This document shows positions 25,879-39,948 of a stretch of 64,000 bases of DNA, one piece after another. The notes under the pieces are model-generated. The model saw only the letters and a list, made by a program, of their open reading frames with translations, made no database searches and was not told the DNA's origin. The stretch's first letter is position 1. Each line of letters starts with the position of its first letter. The DNA is from Sminthopsis crassicaudata. Taxonomy: Eukaryota. Where the stretch lies: positions 239,289,198 through 239,353,197 of the forward strand of contig NC_133622.1 in the NCBI RefSeq assembly GCF_048593235.1, read 5' to 3'. The position numbers were made by a program, and so were the translations under genes.

Positions 25879-26823
25879 ATGATAACCACTGACAAAAATC
25901 AGAGTGCAACAGTCATGTTCATCCTCTTAGGATTCTCAGAGAATCCAGAGCTCCAGGTGCCCCTCTTTCTACTGTTCCTCACCATCTATTCAGTCACTGT
26001 GGTGGGAAACTTGGGCATGATTGTGATCATCAAGATCAACCCCAAACTCCACACCCCCATGTACTTTTTCCTCAAGCACTTGTCTTTTGTGGATTTCTGT
26101 TACTCCACTATAGTTACACCAAAATTGCTAGAAATTTTAGTTGTAGAAGATAGAAGCATTTCCATCAAGTCCTGCATCTCACAGTTTTCCGCTGCTGTCA
26201 CCTGTGTGGTGACAGAGATGGTGGTGTTGTCCGTGATGGCCTATGACCGCTTTGTTGCCATATGCTATCCTTTGATCTATCCAATTTCCATGTCTCCGAA
26301 GTTCTGTGCTGGGCTAGTGACTGTTGCATATGCATGGGGCATAATTTCTTCTATTATATTCACTTATTCACTTCTTATAGTGTCATTTTGTGTGACCAAA
26401 ATCATTAATAATTTTGTATGTGAATACTCTGTCATCCTCTCTGCTTCCTGCTCTGATAAACACTTCAGTGAGACAATATTTCTTATCTTTGCAAATCTCA
26501 ATACATTATCTACCTTGGTCATTATTCTTACATCCTATCTTTTTATTTTTGTCACTATCCTCAAAATGAATTCAGCCAGTGGGAGATATAAAGCTTTCTC
26601 CACTTGTGCCTCCCATCTGACAGCTATTACTATCTTCTATGGGACCATTCTTTTGCTTTATTGTATTCCCAACTCTCAAAACTCATGGCTTTTTGTCAAA
26701 GTAGGATCTGTTTTTTATATTGTGGTTATTCCCATGTTAAATCCCTTAATATATAGCCTAAGGAACAATGATGTAAAGGAAACCTTCAAGAAATTAATGC
26801 ATCTCAAAATTATTTCTCAGTAA
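25879..26823 (+). CDS. Olfactory receptor, class II, OR5D-like; intact, 314 aa
   Basis: NQS sequon, [41 protein letters not shown]. Upstream splice acceptor CAG at 25872-25874. Confidence 0.96.
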   Translation: MITTDKNQSATVMFILLGFSENPELQVPLFLLFLTIYSVTVVGNLGMIVIIKINPKLHTPMYFFLKHLSFVDFCYSTIVTPKLLEILVVEDRSISIKSCISQFSAAVTCVVTEMVVLSVMAYDRFVAICYPLIYPISMSPKFCAGLVTVAYAWGIISSIIFTYSLLIVSFCVTKIINNFVCEYSVILSASCSDKHFSETIFLIFANLNTLSTLVIILTSYLFIFVTILKMNSASGRYKAFSTCASHLTAITIFYGTILLLYCIPNSQNSWLFVKVGSVFYIVVIPMLNPLIYSLRNNDVKETFKKLMHLKIISQ

Positions 26824-28014
26824 CATTACTGATATGAATTATGTTATTACTTGCTAAACTGATTATAATGGAATGTATGGTGATATTTATTTAATTCTGA
26901 ATTCTATTAGTTCTCTTCTCTGGTGTTTACATGCACAATTTTTAAAAATGTCTGAAGAAATGTCACAGAAAGCCTTAGGTAAATGAAGAGAGAATATTTG
27001 AAATGAGAAAAAGCACTGGAGTAAAATCATTACAATGTGTTCCATAATGTAACATCAACCTCGGAAACTTATTAACGCTTCTTGAAAATTTATTATGAAA
27101 ATATATCTATCGCTTCTACAATATTTGAAGCTTGGTTTCTATATTTCATTCTTTATATTTCCATTATTTCATAGGAGAAAAAAACACCAAAAATGTAAGT
27201 AAAACATTAGTTAGATAAGCTTGTAATTTGGGTTTGTTTTTTTGTTTATTTGTTTGTTTGTTCTTTTGTCTGCCAGAAACAAATATTTTGCTGAATGAGA
27301 TTATTTGACGTTCATAGGGGACAATGATCCTGGATGAAGTCAAAGAATTAATAGAATTCTTAAAAAGTAAATGTTTGTCCTACAAAGTGATTAGTACCAT
27401 TTTTGGAAAATAATGAATGTTTAGTATCTGTTGGTTGATTGATTCATTTGTACAATGGAGAGAGATTCCTGGCTCTGCCCTCATTAACATGAGCAACTCA
27501 TCTTAGAAATTATTTTTGTTTATTTTTTTCTTTGATGAATGGAATGAAAGAAGCCTTTCCAATAAAAAATGAAAGATAATTGTACATAAAATTCAAATCT
27601 GTTGTATATAAATGCTATCAAGGTCTGAATTAAATACATTGTTCATGTAGGAAGGAATTGTAGATGTTAGAGACATCAAATTAAATGCCTATTAATTCTT
27701 ATACATAAATTGTGTAGTGGGTTTTAAGAGAAAGTGCAGTTGTTAAAGGACAGGTACTGAGAAAAAGAGTTTGTAAAAGAGCAAATTGGAACTAACACTG
27801 AAGGAAGTAGGTCATGAAGTAAATTAATTTTATGTCTCTACTGGCTTAACAGAAGATAGAATAGGAAGAAATACTTCATCCTGAAGCCATTTAAAAAAAA
27901 AAAAGTTTTAATTATCCTGGGCAAAGTGAAGTCCAAAAAAAATCATTAAATTATTTCATGAAACATTTTTTTAAGGGACCATTAGCCAAGTGATACTCTA
28001 TGTCATCTGAGAGT

Positions 28015-28580
28015 AAATCATTCAATTATGTGATAATTTGCATCTAACTATCTTATAATCTTAGGGAAAATATGCTAATAGTTGTGAAGGAATTCTAATT
28101 GCAAGATCATAGTAATTTCTACTAGATTCCATTTTTGGAAAGTGAAATGGCAAAGACTTTTTTTTGGAATTATTTCTTTTGAGACCATACATATAGGGTC
28201 AGTAAAGGGTCTCTAGGGCCTGAGTCCCAAGAGACTTGAAGACAAATGTAGAATCCTCATCAAAGTGCCACACTCAGGTTTCAGATAAAATAAAATGGCA
28301 TGTCTTTTACATTGAGCTTGGTTGTGAAATGTCAGGAACCACGTCCTCTTTGTCCTGTCAAGTAAACAAGACTGTGATTTTATTTTCCTTTTGAAATGTT
28401 TAGCAGTGGATTAATTCTGAGCTTGATCACAAGGATGGGGTCAGGGAGTGATCAAATCATGAAACTACCATGTCAAAGCTTAGTTTGTGTGTAGTATCGA
28501 TTTAGGAAAAGAAACATCCAGGAGGTTGGATGTTCTGGTGAGTAGAAGTATCTGAATATTTCCTCACATGCACTTTTCCT
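28015..28580 (+). promoter_or_regulatory. Candidate OR promoter and non-coding first exon (module copy C)
   Basis: TAATTG at 28096-28101, O/E-like TCCCAAGAGA at 28225-28234, CTG|GTGAGT at 28538-28543. Confidence 0.45.
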
Positions 28581-29644
28581 ACTGGCCTATTGACTGGAAA
28601 CTAGAATACTCCTTTCAATAGTTCCCTGAAAAATAAAGCATAAAGAAACTGTCCAAAAATGGGAGTGGGTAGAAAAATTTCAGATCACTTTCATCATTAT
28701 TCATTTTTAGTTGTCCATGGAATTTAATATTAAAAGGTATCAACCAGAGTAATCAGAATAATTTTGTTGTATTTTCAACATGTTTTTTGCAAGAAATGTG
28801 GGAAGATAATACTGGTACCTACAAAGACCATTATTAATCTCATGTATGTAGTGTTAAAGATTCACTGATAGAACAGTTAAAAATGAAAAAACTGAAAGGA
28901 CTGAAGAACTTGTGGGTGGAGAAGATAGGATTGTCAACAAAATCTTAACTTGAGCAATTATGTAAAACTAAGCACTGAAAGATATCTGAAGCTTTATAAA
29001 TGGAGGTGATTTCCCAGTCTGAAGCTCCTTATAATTATGCAAAAGAAGCAAGTAGTAATTATACTCTTGGAATCTAAATAATTATTATTGTAATTAACTT
29101 CTTAAAATAATGAGTTTAGAACTTTCTTTTTAAAATCATTCAGAAAGAGCAATTATTAATCTAAATAAACACATATTCATTAAACTTTAAAAATTGACAA
29201 TAAAGTAATAGTTTGATTGTTTGATATACCTTAAGTCACTGGACAGCTATAATGTCACCAAAGTTGACAAGTATGAAACATACAATACAACCTGAAAAGA
29301 GACCTGAAGGGGACAATCATGAATGTCTTGAATAGAGTAGTGCAGAGTCCAAAGAAGTGGAGCAAAAGCTACAAAAATGGAAAATCTCAGTTCATGAGAG
29401 CAAAGTTATGGAAGTATTGATTGCTAGGTTAAGAATCCTAACATTCTATTTGATATTGAATATATTTCCATTTTTCAATAGACAAGTTTTATGCATAAAG
29501 ACAAGTTTAGTCCTATAATGAGCTTAATACAATTCTTGAAACATAATGAAAACTAAGTAAGTGTTGGTTGATGGATTCATTACTTACATACAAAAATCCC
29601 TGGCTCTCCTCTCATTCAACATGAGCAATTCTACCTTAAAAATG

Positions 29645-30770
29645 GCATTTTTTTTAAACTTTAGTTTATATTAAATAATCAAATAAAATAAACTTTTCCA
29701 TAAAATATTATAATAAAATAAAAGATGATTATATGTAACTGCATATCTATTATGTATAACTTGTTATTCCTTTTTAAAAGCACTTAAATATTTTATAGAA
29801 TAAAATATGGTTTGCCAAAACAGAGTACAATAAAAAGATTGTGTATTAGTTTGCCCTTTTTTTCTTCCTTTCCCTCCCACTGCCCTAGAGATGGCTACTA
29901 TCAGACCAGCATGGCTATGTCTGTTGTATGTCTATCTGTCTATCTATATTTCCATTCATGCATCCATCTATCTGCACTCATTATGTATTTTTATTTGCAC
30001 ACATGTAGAGATAGATAGATAAAAATTAAATAACCATGTGTATATAAAATCATTCTAAATTCTTTCTCTGGTTACATGTACCATTATTCTTCACATGGTC
30101 TTTATTGTTAATTTATGATGTATAATAGCAAAGTAATTTATGTGCTTATAATTTATACATTAACATATACCATTTCATTCTTAAAACAATATTGCTGTTC
30201 TGTTTATGGTGTTCTCTTGCTTCTACTCAATCTGTTGATTATTTCAAGCAACTCTTCATGCTTCCGCTAATAAAATAAGTATTTCTTATAACGTAGTATT
30301 CCATCAAAATCATGTAACATAACTTGTCAAGATATTCTTTGTAAATGTATACTAAATCAAATATACAATTTAAATATGTTGTACTTTTAATTATTTAGTA
30401 AACATTTAGTAAATATTTAGTAAATTGATACCTTTTCCCCTTTCCCCTCACTTCCTCCAACCTAGAGATGTCTATTATTAGATGCATGTATTATAAATTT
30501 ATGTATGTGTGTTTGTATATTTGCATGAATGTATTCATACCAATATATGTATAAACAAATATTTATATAAATCATTTTAGAAATATTCTATTTACCAGTT
30601 CTTACTCTGGGTAAGTACAGCACCATTCTATATGTGACCTTTGTAGTTAGAGTATTTTAATAGTAAGCAGGATTTAGTTGTTCCAAGTTGTTCTTACAAC
30701 AATATTGCTATAATTACATATGATGCTCTCTTGCCTTTTCTCATTTTCTTTTTATCATTTCATTCACATC
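29645..30770 (-). mobile_element. Two adjacent old L1 3' UTR fragments
   Basis: Two related antisense segments (CCCTAGAGATGGCTACTATCAGAC and CCTAGAGATGTCTATTATTAGA); boundaries approximate. Confidence 0.5.
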
Positions 30771-31510
30771 TACACATGGCAGAACTACAAATTTTTCAAC
30801 CTTAATTATTACTCCAGAATCAACAAAGTCCATTGGGAAGACAAAAGACAAAATAAATGGCAAAGGTCTGGTATGCACCTTGGCACAATGATAAGTATAA
30901 TTTTAAAGCAATCAATATCTTTTTAATAACAGTAAAATAAATAAATTTAGAAAGCATTCAAACAAAAGTCCATTTAATAAAATAAAATATTATTTGATTT
31001 CAAGGAAGCTAAAGAAGAATTAACTTTTTTTTTCATTAAGGGAAGAGATTTGATAATATCTAATTTCAAGTTTTATTAGACATCACTTAACAGAGCACTA
31101 TATTACTATATAAGAGATAAATTAAAAGAAGCACAGTATCCCTCTATTTAAATGAAGGAATTCTTCTACACTCTTGTATACTCTTGTATAAACTATATTC
31201 TTCAGATCTGTTTCCTATTATGGGAAGAATAAGTTGGAAAGAGTATAGAGCAGTGTGATTTTTTTAAAGAAAGACCTCTGATACATGCTTAAGGAGAATT
31301 GGTGAAAGAATTTGTTATTGGCATACTATAGAAAAGACTCAAGGTCACTGATTATTGTCTTCATCGATTTGAAGGGCTAACAAGTCAATCAAGCCAACAA
31401 TCATCAACAAGCAATTATTATTTATCTATAATGCAGCATTTTCTTGTTCAGGTATTAAGTAAAAAAAAAATTAAACATTCTGTATCTTCAAAAATGTCAC
31501 CATCTCTTTT

Positions 31511-31868
31511 ATTTTTTTTATTGTTACTTTTTATTTACAAGATATATGCATGAGTAATTTTTCAGCATTGACAGTTGCAAAACCTTTTGTTCCAACTTTT
31601 CCCCTCCTTCCCCCCACCCATTCCCCCAGATGACAGGTGGACCAATACATGGTAAATATGTTAAAGTATAAGTTAAATACAATATATGTATACATGTCCA
31701 AACAGTCATTTTGCTGTACAAAAAGAATCGGATTTTGAAATAGTGTACAATTAGCCTGTGAAGGAAATCAAAAATGCAGGTGGACAAAAATAGAGGGATT
31801 GGGAATTCATAGTCATCTCCCAGAGTTCTTTTGCTGGGTGTAGCTGGTTCAGTTCATCACTGCACTAT
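31511..31868 (-). mobile_element. L1 3' end, same insertion as 7575-7944 (predates the duplication)
   Basis: Left TSD intact at 31497-31510; right TSD diverged at 31869-31882. Confidence 0.88.
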
Positions 31869-31939
31869 TAACTATTACTTTTAGAAATATTGGAGACAAC
31901 ACAATAATTGTATATCACAAACACTATATTGGTGAAAGA

Positions 31940-32297
31940 TGGATAATAAGTTCTTCTCTCATATTTACCCATTTTCTCATTAGATGTCTTTTTGTGGGAC
32001 TTATTCACAATTTTCTCTGTGAATATGCAGGTATTCTCTCTGCCTCCTGTTCAGATAGACACTTTAGTGAAATGATACTTTTCATCCTTGCTGATTTTAA
32101 TGTGTTGAGCATCTTCAAACCTATTTTCATTTCCTTCGTTTTAATTTTTGTCACCATCACAAAAATGAATCCAGTCAGGGGAGACATAAAATCTTTTCCA
32201 CGTACACATCCAAAGAGTCTTCTCTTTTATACAACCCTTCTCTTTTTCTTTTTTTGTCCATAATTCTAAAAATGTCTGGCTCATAGTCAAAGTGACA
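31940..32297 (+). pseudogene. OR fragment (TM4 to start of TM7)
   Basis: W..ISSSLIFT...[36 protein letters not shown]...FVTITKMNPVRG...WLIVKVT with indels. Confidence 0.9.
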
Positions 32298-32337
32298 AAG
32301 TGTGTATGTGTGTGTGCTTGTGTTTGTATGCACATAT

Positions 32338-32620
32338 GAGGCAAGTAGGTGATACAAGGCAGAGAGTGATGGTCCTGGAGTCATGGGCTTTCATCTTTCT
32401 GAGTTCGCATCTGGCCTCAAATAATTACAGCTATGTGAGTCTGGACCAGGCATTTAACTCTGTCTCAGTTTCCTCATATGTAACATGAGCTGAGAAAGGA
32501 AATGGCAAATCACTCCATTGTATTTGTTAAAAAAAAACAAAACAAAACAAAATAAAACAAAAAACAAAACAAATAGTGTAAGGAAGTATTGGGCATGAGA
32601 GAAATGACTAAATAATAAAA
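32338..32620 (+). mobile_element. Mar1-like CORE-SINE
   Basis: Head, CORE (CTCAGTTTCCTCATATGTAACATGAG) and tail (GAGAAAGGAAATGGCAAATCACTCCA). Confidence 0.8.
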
Positions 32621-32659
32621 CACACACATACCTATTATAGTATAGAAATACTAATTGAT

Positions 32660-34370
32660 GATAACTGTCAGGAAAAATGGAAACTATTTTGGCAAGAATT
32701 GGGCATTGACCAACATCTCATATTATGCCAAAATAAAGTTGAAATGGGTCCATGATTTAGACACAGTGATACCATAAGCAAATTAGGAGAACAAGGAATA
32801 TTTTACCTATCAGAAAGGAAAAAATATGACCAAACAGGAGATAGAAAACATAATTAAATGAAAGATGGATAATTTAGATTACAATAAATTTTTAAAAGTT
32901 CCATACAAAAAATGTCCAATGAAGCCAGAATTATAAGCAAAGCAAAAAGTTGGTAAATACGTTTTCCAACTAGTGTTGCTAAAACAGGCCTAATTTCTGA
33001 AATATATAGAATATTTATAAGAATAACACTCTCAAATTTATAAGAATAACAGTCATTCCCCAATTGATAAATGTTGACCATTTGACAGGATATAAAAAGG
33101 CAATTTTCAGTTGAAGAAATTAAATTTATCTATAATCATATGAAAAAAAATCTCAAATCACTATTGTTTAGAGAAATGCATATTAAACTTACTTTGAGAT
33201 AAAATGTCACAACTATAAGATTGGCTAATATTACACAAAAGGAAAGTGATATATGCTGGAGAGGATGTGGGGAAATTGGAACACTAATGCATTATTCAGA
33301 GAGTTGTGAATTGATCCAGTCATTCTATAGAGCAATTTAGAATTATGCCTAAAAGGCTATGAAACTGTTAATATCCTTTGATCCAACAATACTACTCTCA
33401 AAGAAACCATAAAAAATGGAAAAGGGCTTATATGTACAAAAATGTTTATATCAGTCCTCTTTGTGGTGGCAAATAATTAGAAATCAAGGGATACCTATCA
33501 ATTGAGGAATGGTTGAAAAATATTGTGATAACTAAATGTAATAGAATACAATTTTCCATAAGAAAAGATGAGAAGCTGGATTTCAGAAAAATCTGGAATT
33601 ACATGATTATTGATGTTGAGTGAAGTCAGCAGAACCAGCAGGACATTATTTATAAAAACAGCAACACTAGACAGATAGTCAACTTTGATAAGCATTGCTC
33701 TTTTTTGCAATACAATAATCTAATACAATCTAAAAATGTCATGATACAAAATGATATTCACATCTTAAAAGAACCGTGAAGTTTGAATATAGATCAGAAC
33801 ATTATTTTTACTTTGTTGCTTTTTTTTTTCTTTCTCATGGTTTCCCCCTTTGTGCCAATTCTTCCTTCACAAGATAACTAATGCAATAATATGTTTAAGA
33901 AGATTTTACATGTAATTCAAGATTGATTTACTTCTTGGGAACAGAGGAGAAAGAATTGAGGGGGAAAAAAGGGAAATCGAAGTCTTAGAAAAGTGAACAT
34001 TTTTCTAATTTATACGACTTTATTGCAGACCTATTACATTCAAGGGACAGCTAAGTAGCACAGTAAATACAGTGTCAAGCCCAGAGTCATTAACATTCAT
34101 CCTCCTGAATTCAAATCTAGTCTCTGATGCTTACCAGCTCTGCAAACCTAGTTAAGTCACTTAACCTTGTTTACCTCAATTTCCTCATCTGTTAAATGAG
34201 TAAGAGAAGGAAATGGAAAACCATGCCACCATCGTAGTCAAGAAAATTGCAATTTGTTCACAAAGAATCAGATATGACAAAATGACTAAATAACAAAAGA
34301 AAAAGTGCTAAATGTGTTAGAAGCTAAATATATATATTAAAATTAAAAAGTGAAATAAATGTTGCCTTAA
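32660..34370 (+). mobile_element. Older L1 3' portion (ORF2 C-terminal third and 3' UTR), interrupted by a SINE
   Basis: Decayed matches to ORF2 (NWKxx[21 protein letters not shown], DPxxLL). Confidence 0.88.
34044..34298 (+). mobile_element. Mar1-like CORE-SINE nested in the L1 3' UTR
   Basis: GGGACAGCTAAGTAGCACAGT head, CORE, GAGAAGGAAATGGAAAACC tail. Confidence 0.8.
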
Positions 34371-35062
34371 GAAATTTGCTAATGAAATAACATATACATG
34401 CATATGTGTATGTAATGTATAAGCCTTAAAAGTTACATAATTAAGGCAATCACTACCATCTCTTTCCACACAAACATGTCATAAAATAGATGTTAAGGAG
34501 TCTGTATCTTAGTGATTATGAAGCATTAATGAGATAACTTACATTAATCAATTTAGAACTTTCAAAAAGCAATATAAAAAGCCATTACTATAAGCAAGGC
34601 TTTCTGCACATGGTAGATAAACATTCAATTAAACTAAAGATCAATTATTAGTCATGTGATCAACTTCTCAGCTATCATATTTTCCCATCTCATCTCTGCA
34701 AATTCAGTGATGGAGATCTTCAAGCTCACTCTGCCCCACCTCTAGAGATGATTTCTGCTAATTCTTTCCATCACAATAATAAGAGTATTATGATTTTAGT
34801 AATTTTAAAACCTAGGTACTAAAGCTTCCATAAAATTGTGAAACACTGTTATTTTTGAAAATAAAATTGCTTGAGTTTCTTCTTTGAATCATAGTTTAAT
34901 TCAGGACAATTTGTCTTACACATTTCATTTCAATGTCATTGATTCTTCACACAAAAATTTGAAACTTGTAACTGATATAAAAAAGTCAATTTATCCAATG
35001 AAAAGAAGGTAAAATGGTTTCCAGGAAAGAAATGCAGATATTCTATAAAAAGAATAGTTGAT

Positions 35063-35247
35063 GTTTGGTCATGTATACATATATTGTATTTAATTTATAC
35101 TCTAACATATTTAACATGTATTGGTCAACCTGCTATCTGGGGGGAGGGGGAAGGAGGGGAAAAATTGGAACAAAAGTTTTCTCAGTTGTCAACGTTGTAA
35201 AATTACCCATAGTATCTGGTAAATAAAAACTATTATTATTAAAAAAA
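35063..35247 (+). mobile_element. Short L1 3' terminus with TSD
   Basis: AATAGTTGAT at 35053-35062 and 35248-35257; G-tract and A tail. Confidence 0.85.
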
Positions 35248-37366
35248 AATAGTTGATAAGAGGAATTGCAGTTTTAATTTGGACTTCCTAGACTGAATTA
35301 AAAAATAAATAAAGAAAAACAGCATGTCCAAATCAGAGCTCTAATTCTTAGATTTCCTGATTCCAGTATTACCAAATAGAAGTTTGTGATATAAAATGAG
35401 AACATATAATAAGGAGCCTTATTGTAATATATTCATGATTGGCTGAGTGGTTGATTGGTGATAGTGATGTAGAAATTATCTATTAGATCACAGACTGACA
35501 GAGCATTCCTCCTACCATCTAGTAATTATGATGTTTTCCTCATCTTGGGGAAGAAACATAAGGACCAGCTTCTGGGCTGACCCCTGTTTGGGCATATCAA
35601 TCATTCAGATTCTGATTTTAATATTTTTTTTTTGTTATTGCAATATCTTAGCATAGCTTTGCATTTATATATTCTAAAGAAATTTTAACTTGCATTGCAA
35701 AGTTTCTATTGTACTTATTATCTGTAATGAAAAAAAATCTATAAAAGGAACACTGGAGACTTGGACTCCCCTGTAATGATGTGCTGTGTGATTCACAGAG
35801 AAGCGGTCAGTTGAGATTGTCTACATGTTAGGTCCCAAAGGTCCTGATGGAGAATAAATAATCCACTACATTCTCCTCAGCTCAAACTTCCTGATATAAT
35901 AACAAACTTTCTTAAATTCTGTCCACATTATGAATTAGCCTGGAATGATTGTCTCTGTAGTATCAAAGTACTGTGATGTTCTATATTAATGTACTATATG
36001 CTCCATTGCTAGCCTATCTAGTACTGTTTTTTTTTTCACAGTTTAAAACAATGGAAGTAGAATCTTGAAATTATAGCACCATATTATCACAGGTCTGAAA
36101 GGGATTTTCCCTATTCTGAATTCCTCATTTCATGAATGAACTAATGGAAGAATAAGGAACTTTCTTAAAGCAAATAGGTGATTGTTCTGAAATGATAGAT
36201 AGCTTATGTTTTTTGGCTCCCAGTTTACTTCTCTTTTCACTACATCTTGCCATTTTCTACTTTGGCATGAGACTCAATCACAACACAACAGATCTAAGTA
36301 TAATTTGGCACAAGGAGTCAAATCTCTGGTGAGTAAATGTACTTTGAATTGGACTTCTTCCTCTTGTCAGGACCTAGATTAAAAGGGAAAGATGTCCCTA
36401 TGTCTCACTCTGATTCCCCCACCTACTTCTCACAAGGCATCTATAATTTAAAGCAGAAAACAAACAGAGGACAAAATTGCCAAGGTAATTTTCCCCTCCT
36501 CTTTCTTTCTTCTTATGAAATTTCTTTCTAATCATCTTCTTCCTCCTGATTATCCTTTTCCTTCTACTTATTAGTCATTTTTCTGTCACCTATGGGTAAA
36601 AATGAGATATGAACAGACTCTGAAAACATGGGGGTCTGACAATCTAATGATTAGACAGAACAGCAAAATTAAATATTTAAATTCTTAAATTCTAATATTA
36701 TTAAATACTTAAATTCTCTTTTAGATACTAATCATATACAGTATATTTACACTGAGTGTCTCTCACACACAAAACAGTCTTCAGGTTTTGAGAAGAGAGA
36801 TGGAGGACTCAATTAACAGGGAGCAGTACTGGATGGTTTGGTAACCAGGAGGCATCTGAGCATTCCTGGCAAAAGGGTTAAGACATAGATAAACATGGTG
36901 GGGGGGAGGGGGATTAAGTTGTTAAGGCAAGAAGCATGGAGAAAGCAAAAGGTGGCAATTTATGGCATTATAAAATCATGGCTTTAGCCCTTGAAGCCTT
37001 AAAGTCACCAAAAATGAAAAGAGTAGGAAACACTAAAAATATTAATAAACAAGGATTAAAAATGAACTAGCTACCATCTCACATCCCTTTAATTCTTTAT
37101 CTGTCTACTGTTCTGTGTATTTGTAAGAAAACAGAAATAAGTGATTAGGTATAGCGAAGAAAGTCATATTTAGAATCTGGGTTGAAATTCTACCTCTGAA
37201 GCATTTAATGAGGAACCTAGATAAAGTCAATTAGTGAAGGAACACTGAAGCAGTTCTCTAAGTCTCCATGTTATATACTTCCAAATAATATCATGGAGAA
37301 AGTCTCTATATCCACAAATTAACCTATTATAAAGTGATCACATCCCTTAGAATTTTAAAAGAATAT

Positions 37367-37560
37367 TGGTATTTACACACATATATTGTATCTAGGTTTT
37401 ACTGTAACACATGTAAAATGTATGGGATTGCCTGTCATCGGGGGGAGGGAATGGAGAGAAGGGGGGGATAATTTGGAAAAATGAATACAAGGGATAATAT
37501 TATTTTTAAAAATTACTCATGCATATATACTGTGAAAAAAATTCCAAATTAAAAAAAAAA
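37367..37560 (+). mobile_element. Short young L1 3' terminus (similar to the 3' end of 1-5044) with 18-bp TSD
   Basis: AGAATTTTAAAAGAATAT at 37349-37366 and 37561-37578, preceded by TT (endonuclease-type site). Confidence 0.92.
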
Positions 37561-39655
37561 AGAATTTTAAAAGAATATAATATCAGGTGGGTTGCTGAAA
37601 AGATTCTGGTGGAAGCTTAAGAAAACATAGAAAAGTTGAGAAGTAAATAAATCCAAGTTAAAAAGTATTTTTATTGCCTTAGCATTATGGTAAGAATAAG
37701 GGAGTAATGTAGAAATGTTCTTAACATTTAGTTATTTTAAGAAAATAAGGATGCACTCTTTGATACAAGGTTATTACTTTTTGTATGATTTAAAGGATTC
37801 AACATATATGATTTTAACAGGGAAGGAAAAATACTCAGATCAGAATCCAAGTACCCCATAAGGAAAACTTCATTGAAATTGTTGTTTTGTTTTCTTGTTT
37901 CTTTCTAATGCCTTTGTGATTATTTCCTCCCACTGTTATTAGTAGATATAAAGAAACAATTTCAAATAGTGTGATCTGGGATTTTTTTCTGTTTCTGTTG
38001 GTGGTTTTTTTCAGTATTTTTAAAGAGTTGAAATAATAGTATTGCGTAACATACATCCAGAAGGGAACTTTTAGAACACAGACAATAAAATAACAGAACT
38101 GGAAGGGAACTGAAGTATTTTCTAATTTAACTTGTTTTTCAAATAAAGAAAATAATGGCAAACAAAGTTCAATGACTAGTCTATGGGTCACATAGGTAGT
38201 AAAATGAATACTTGGGAAATAATCATGCACTTTCTAACTTCAAATTTTGTATTTTGTATACACAACAGAAGTCCTAGAAATGTTTACAATCTCTCTTTCT
38301 TTTCGGACCCTATTCTGTTCTACTCCTTTCATTAAATCTTCTATTCCTAATATTTTCAGTATTGCTAGGCATCAATGGTATAATATTTAGGTATCCACTC
38401 ACTAATGCTACTATCTTGCTAAATCATTTTTAAATAGATTGGAGACACCTTGGTCAACTTAAGAAAAATTACTATGAAAAGATGGCACAAAATATCAAGA
38501 AGGGAGAAACTACATGGATTTGGGACAGGGTATCAAGATAGTCATTGTCTTGTTACAATTTTGCTGTTTGTATTTTTCTCATGGATTTATCCTTTATTGT
38601 TCATCATATTAAGGATATAAACATGAATGAAATTTTTTTAATGTGTATTCTCTTTGTCATGTGTCACTATGCTAATTCAAATAAATATCCACTGAGGATA
38701 AATTTTAAAAGCAAAAAAAAAAATTGGGGGTCTTTAGGCTGTTGAAGTTATTTTTCTAATAATAATAAACATTTCAAAATGTGGTGGGCAAGTAGGAGTA
38801 CTTCAAAGTGGGAAGGCATAGAATAGATCTATAGAGCAATTGATTGATATGAACTTTCTGGGAATGATAGTGTTTGCTTATTGTTGCCAAATATAGAGGT
38901 GTGTAGGGGGAGTAGGTGAATTAAAAGATAATAACATAACATGTAGATGGATGGAGAGCAGCAGAGTGCTGACTCTGCTTCCGACTAACTATGGAACAAT
39001 CTTGCCAATGTGTCCAGACTCAAATCTGTCATTTGGTTCCTTCTGTTGCAGTCCCCTTTCAAAAGCTATAAACAAATAGCTATTGCAAAGCAAATATTTT
39101 TTTCAACTTATCTCCCCTTAGAAAATGACACTTTAGAGATAGAGGTTTTGGAGGTACTCCTTAAGGAATTTAAAGAGTTATAATATGCAGAAAACTAGTT
39201 CTTTTTGTTATTGGCACAAATAATATGGCCAATGATCAGAAGCTCTAAAGACAATTATGGGTACATGAAGAAACACTTTCTCCTAATGTATTTTTTGGTT
39301 CATATTTTTGAATTCATCTTATATAGAGATGTCTGTAGAGGAGTTTGATCCTTCTAACAAACTCTGCTATAGTTTGGCCTTAGAGTGTTGTGTGAAGCAC
39401 TGAGAAAGTAAATTATTATTCATTCATTTGTAAAGCTAGTACTCATTAGATTCATAACCCATGATTTCGTAACACTGCATGATTGATAATGAAAACTTGA
39501 CAAACAAAAGAGGAAATAATGATTACTCCTTTTTTTTTTGAGGCCTTAAACAAAGGTTAGACAATGACCTGCCAATGGTCATGGAAAGGGGATCCTTATT
39601 CCCTAATGGAGATTGGCTAGATAACTTCTCAAAATCCTTCCTCCTCTGAATTTAG

Positions 39656-39658
<3 letters not shown>

Positions 39659-39710
<52 letters not shown>
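39659..39710 (+). repeat. (CT)26 microsatellite ~240 bp upstream of the OR ATG; short in paralog at ~8765-8790
   Basis: Read directly from the sequence. Confidence 0.95.
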
Positions 39711-39714
<4 letters not shown>

Positions 39715-39948
39715 TTCTTTCTCTTTTCTCATTTTTTTCCTATTATGTTAATTTTTTTTCTCAAAATGAAAGTATCATTTATAATAATACTTATTTTAAA
39801 ATTAATCCATGTTGCTTCCAAAAAATGTTAATAATACATTTCCTCAATTCTCAATTCAGGATTTCATTTGCTGCATTGCCTAGGTAACTCATGTTATTTC
39901 ATTTTTTTCCTTCTCAGAATCTATTTTGAATTCTTTTGAAGAGGAGCC

